A stretch of DNA of 64,000 nt from Tubulanus polymorphus (taxonomy: Eukaryota > Animalia > Nemertea). The stretch is from NCBI RefSeq assembly GCF_964204645.1, contig NC_134028.1, forward strand, positions 10,788,001 through 10,852,000, in the 5' to 3' direction. Position numbers and translations under genes: made by a program. Below, one piece after another: positions 59,196-64,000 of this stretch. How positions within the stretch are numbered: the first letter of the stretch is position 1; every line of letters begins with the position of its first letter. The notes under the pieces are model-generated. The model had not been told where the DNA came from and searched no databases. It worked only from the letters and a program-made list of their open reading frames with translations.

Positions 59196-59720
59196 ATGTC
59201 CCCTGTAACAGGTTATGGGCCCAGTGGCAGAACAAGGGCACCCATATTTGATGGGGACGAGAATAAGTTCGAACTGTGGTTGACTAAATTTGAAGGTTAC
59301 ATGCGGATTATTAAATTACATAAGATAATCGATGGGACTACTAATATTACTGGAGAAGAACTTGTAAACAAAAAAGCAGAAGCGTACGCCGAATTAGTCC
59401 AATGTTTGGACGACAGATCCCTGGCATTAGTCATGCGCGAAACGAAGAATGATGGCCAGAAAGGACTTGAATTGTTAAAGGAACATTATATGTCAAAAGG
59501 AAAACCAAAGATCATAACATTATATAGCCAGCTAACATCGCTGATGAAAAGCCCAACAGAATATTTAACGGATTATATGTTGCGGGCTGAGACCGCGGTA
59601 GCGTTGTTAAAATCTGCGGGAGAAACGGTCAGTGATAGCCTACTTGTGGCAATGACAATAAAAGGACTTCCAGAGGCATTTAATGCATTTTCAACCGTGA
59701 TGACGCAAATAGATGGTGAG
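59196..59720 (+). pseudogene. Ty1/Copia gag N-terminal fragment, 3'-truncated
   Basis: MSPVTGYGPSG...IFDGDENKFELWLTKFEGYM...AYAELVQCLDDRSLALVMRE..NDG.K.L..LKEHY..KGKPKIITLY..LTSL...DYMLRAETA...LK.AGETVSDSLLVAM.IKGLP is typical metazoan Copia gag. GGTTATGGGCCCAG lies at 59211-59224. Confidence 0.85.
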
Positions 59721-59808
59721 TTGAGTAATTGGAAGATGTGGGTTTCATACCAGAGTACTAGAGTACTAAACACCACTCATCACCACAAGTAATTTTTTTT
59801 CCTAATAA

Positions 59809-62800
59809 ATGGGAGAGAGTGAGTACCAGACAGAAAACAATAATGTTAATAAAAATCAATATTATTGCCAATATTGTAAAAAATACATCGATAAATCTAA
59901 ACATGAAAAATCTTCAAATCATATAAAAAATGTTATAGATTTTGAAACTCCAGAAAATTCCAATGAAAGAAAAGAACGATTAGAAAATATGAATGTGGAT
60001 GAAATAAAATGTGAAGTTTGTAATGAATTTATAGTAAAAAGGAATTATAATAGACATCTCGAATCACAAAAACACCATCAAAATTTGAGTAATAATGTTT
60101 TAGGAAAAGATTATTTTGATGATAAACCTCAACAAGTTCAAAAACTAAATCCATTTCAAATAAACCTTACATGGAAAATGTTAGAAATTATATTGATTCA
60201 CTAGAAATAAAAGATACAATTGAAATATTAGAAACATAACGTAGTAAAATTGGTCCTGCAGTTATTGTATTTAGATTTTTTTAAAGGTACAACAATAGAA
60301 GATTATAGTAAATTTAATGAAAAAATAGAAAAAACACTAGATTTGATAACAGATGTTGAATATCCAAAAATTAGTATCTCTGGGAAAGTAAGTTTTTTAA
60401 AGTCAGAAGATAAAATGGATTATAATATTCAAACACTCTCTGAAGAAATAATTTCAAAAACACAAATAAAAGAGAAGTTAGAAAAAATATTTAATGAATT
60501 TTAACGTCATATTGAAGAAAGATATTTTGAGGGTTCTGGCTTAACATTGAATGAAATTATATTTTTAGATTTAAATGTTTATAATACAAAAAGAAATAAA
60601 ACATCAAAAAGTAATAAAATGTTTAAAAAGGATTCAAACTTTACAACAGAAAAGGAGGATATTTAAGGATCATCTTATATTAAATTACCATTTACAACAA
60701 AAGCAGTAATAAATGTTCAAAATGAAGATAATAAATGTTTTCTGTGTGCAATTATTAGTTGCTTACATCCAACAGAAGATATTACACATAGTTTTAGAAT
60801 AACAAATTACCGGAAATATGAAACATTATATAGAATTGATCAATATCCAGTAACTATAAAAATGATTTCTAAAATAGAAAAAGTTAATAATTTAGAAATA
60901 AATGTATTCGAATTAATGCAATTACCAAAGACAAAAGGTGAAAATATTAAAGATTATACATTGGAAGCTTTATATTTAACAGAATATTATGATGATGAAA
61001 ATGCTATAGATTTGTTATATTACAAAAAAGATGAAAATGAACATTATATGTGGTTAAAACAAATTGATTTATTCTTTAGAACAGAAAGTGATCATCATCG
61101 TAAAATTTATCTATGTAGAAAATGTTTATCTAAATTAATGACTGAGAATACATTATTAAAACATAAAGAATTATGTGATAATAAAGATTTTTGTGAATTA
61201 ATAATGCCAACAGAAAAAGATTATAAATTGAAATTTACTAATCATAAATTTAAGAATATTGTTCCATTTGTAATTTATGGGGATTTTGAATCGTTGAATA
61301 AAGAATTAACTGATCAAGATAGAAAAGAAATATATAACAAAAAGCAATTATCAAAATCAATGGATAAAGGAAATGAATTAAATTAAGACACAATACAAGA
61401 CCCACCAATTATAAATACAATTAAAAAAGTTCATCAAAGAGCTGCTGCTTATGGAATTTATATAAAATCAAATTATCCTGATTTATATGAAAGTCAATAT
61501 ATTTCTTTTAGAGGTGAGGATGTAGTTAATGATTTTTGTAACAAAATGATTGAATTAGAAAGTGATTTTGCAAAATTATTAAACAAAAATAAAACAATAG
61601 TTATGACAAAAGAAGATGAAATTGATTTTCATTATGCAACTCATTGTTGTAACTGTGAAAAACGTTTTTATTCATTTGATAAAAAAGTTAGAGATCATGA
61701 TCATTTAAATTCAAAATATCGTGGAGCTGCTCATGAAGATTGCAATTTACAAGAAAGTTAATTTCGTACCAATATTATTTCATAATTTATCAGGCTATGA
61801 TACCCATCTATTTATAAAACAATTATCGGGAAAATTGAGCGCAATTAATCAAGAAATAGAAGAATATAATGCTATAAATGGTGTAAATGTAAGAAAATAT
61901 GATTTTAAACTATTAGCTAAAACATCTGAAAATTATATTTCATTTCAATTTGGTTGCATTAGATTTTTAGATTCTTATAGATTTCTAGCAAGTTTATTAG
62001 ATAATTTATCAAAAAGTTTAGTTGATAATGATTTTGTTATAACTCGATATTATTATCCAAATAAACAAGATTTTAATTTATTGAGATCAATTAAAAGAGG
62101 AGTATGTGAAGTGTTTAATAGAACATTAAATATTTGGAACCATTTTAAGATGAAAAATCATGGTGAATTAGTAGATTTATATTTAAAATCAGATGTTATG
62201 ATATTGGCTGACATATTTGAAAAATTTAGAGAAGTTAATTTGAATCATTTTAATGTTGATCCTTGTTATTGCTACTCTAGTCCTGGTTTAACCTGGCAAT
62301 GTGGTTTAAAATACACAAATGTAGAATTAGATTTATTAAAAGAACCAGACATGGTTTTATTATTTGAAAAATCAATTAGAGGTGGAATTAGTGGTGTTAT
62401 GGGAGATAGATATTTTAAAGCAAATGATGAATATAAATTATCATATATTGACGCCAATAATTTATATGGTCGGGCAATGATGCAACATCAACCATATAAA
62501 AATTTTATATTAACAGAAGTTGAAAATGATGATAAAACTGATTGGGAAAGCGCAATTGCGAGTTTAAAAGATGAAGCACCAATTGGTTATTTCTTTGTAG
62601 TTGATTTAGAATATCCTGAAAATATAAAGTTTAAAACAAGAAACTTACCTTATTGCCCAGAACATTTAACTGTAGATGATAGTTATTTAAGTGAATACCA
62701 GAAGAAAATAAAACCGAAAGATCATGTTTTACAGAAAAATTAATACTTACTCAAAATAATAAATACAATATCGTTCATTATAGAATATTAAAATTTTATC

Positions 62801-64000
62801 TAAAACAAGGAATGAAATTAAAGAAAGTACATGGATATATTGAATTTAATCAATCGAAGTGGTTAGAAAAATATATAGATTTCAATACTCAACAGAGAAC
62901 CATATCAAAAACAGATTTTGAAAAAGATTTCTTCAAATTAATGAACAATAGTTTTTATGGTAAAACATGCGAACATATTAGAAATAGAAATGATATTGAA
63001 TTAGTAAATAATTCTAAAAGATTAAGACATTTACAATCAAGTCCTAGACATTTAGGAAATAAAAGATTTGAAGATTATTTAACAGCAGTTAAATTAAAAA
63101 GAACGTCAATGAAATTTAATAAACCTATATTCATTGGTTCAACTGTTTTAGAAGTATCAAAATTATTAATGTATGATTTTTATTATAATGTTTTACAACC
63201 ACTTTTTGGGGAAAAGCATATTGAAATATTATATTTTGATTCTGTAACAGCTGACACCCCAATATTATTAAAATGTAATGATAAAATATTAATTAGAAGA
63301 ATTTCAGAAATAATTCCAAAACAAAATGAATGTTATATTTCATATGGTGAAAAAGAATTAATACAAATAAATGGATTAATGGATGTTTGGAAAAGAAATG
63401 TATGGAAAAAATTAAAGAATATTATTAGACATAAAACAAATAAGAAAATCTATAGAGTTAGAACTAAATTAGGATTTGTAGATGTTACAGAAGATCATAG
63501 TTTAATTAAACGAAATGGCGATGAAATAAAACCAACTGATATAAAAATTGGAGATGAATTATTACATAAAAGATTTTTCCAAAGAATGAATCATATGTCA
63601 TTTGATGCAATTATTGATAATATTTATAATATAGAACCTGAAACATTAGAAGAAAAAGAATATTTTATCAAAGGATTTTTCATGGGTGATGGTTCAGCAG
63701 GTTTGTATAATTATGTTTGGGGTAATAAATATTGTTGGTATTTATGCAATCAAGACTTAAAATTATTAGAAAGAATTAAGAAATTCTGTGAAGAAGTATA
63801 TCCAAATAAAACATTTAAAATCATGGATGTTATGAAATCATCAGCAGTTTATAGAATACTTGTAAATAATCCTAAAGATTTTGCTATAAAATATAATGAT
63901 GAATTCTATATTCATGCAATAGTGAAAAGTAATACTTCAACAAAAGAAAGGATAGTACCAGATTATGTATTAAATGCAAAAAATAATTTAAGAAAGTGGT
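59809..64000 (+). pseudogene. Polinton/Maverick (adintovirus-like) protein-primed family B DNA polymerase, degenerate, interrupted by an intein; runs off the window
   Basis: Motifs in order: zinc fingers; EGSG, GSSYIKLP, NEDNKCF; ExoI YGDFES (~61276); endonuclease VII-like C..C...VRDHDH...YRGAAH..CN; ExoII FHNLSGYD; ExoIII YLKSDV; RGG; motif A YIDANNLYG (~62444); motif B KLMNNSFYGK (62935); motif C first half LYFD (63229-63240). Stops at 60237, 60502, 60664, 61384 and about four frameshifts. Confidence 0.92.
63241..64000 (+). mobile_element. Intein with LAGLIDADG (DOD) homing endonuclease in PolB motif C; C-terminus outside the window
   Basis: Open frame: block A SVTADTPILL; W..L..IIRHKTNKKIYRVRTKLGFVDVTEDHSL (block B TxxH, 63487-63498); IKPTDIKIGDELL; block C IKGFFMGDG (63667-63693); ends IVPDYVLNA just before the expected block E. 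Confidence 0.93.

Noticed and set aside
59720-59808. Polinton terminal inverted repeat
   Set aside because: No (AG)n/(AGT)n terminus or 6-bp TSD is identifiable, and the other end is outside the window
63241-64000. Hedgehog-type Hint domain instead of an intein
   Set aside because: It starts with Ser exactly within polymerase motif C and contains a LAGLIDADG endonuclease, neither of which occurs in Hog domains

Overview
AT-rich, repeat-dense animal (most likely marine invertebrate) nuclear DNA. I can support one host gene: a minus-strand glutamine:fructose-6-phosphate amidotransferase (GFAT/GFPT). Its coding exons 1-8 run from 41763 down to 11468 and the gene continues off the left edge. Its introns are packed with nested non-autonomous transposons (Helentron-like elements with ~120-bp internal tandem repeats; Kolobok-, Harbinger-, Tc1/mariner-, hAT- and IS3EU-like MITEs; a solo LTR). 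Intron 1 also holds an 8-kb hAT-type element with a 7-bp TSD and a nearly intact ~1000-aa transposase ending in a Tudor-like domain. Upstream of the gene lie copies of a CATTATGAG-terminated DNA element that form a multi-kb palindrome and split a Gypsy pol fragment, followed by a Copia gag fragment. Last comes a decayed Polinton/Maverick (adintovirus-like) protein-primed PolB gene. The most striking observation is missing from the ORF track because the frame runs off the window. This PolB is interrupted exactly at catalytic motif C (LYFD|) by an intein (SVTADTP..., block B TEDH) carrying a LAGLIDADG homing endonuclease, resembling giant-virus PolB inteins. All alignments and translations were done by eye. 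No database search was run.
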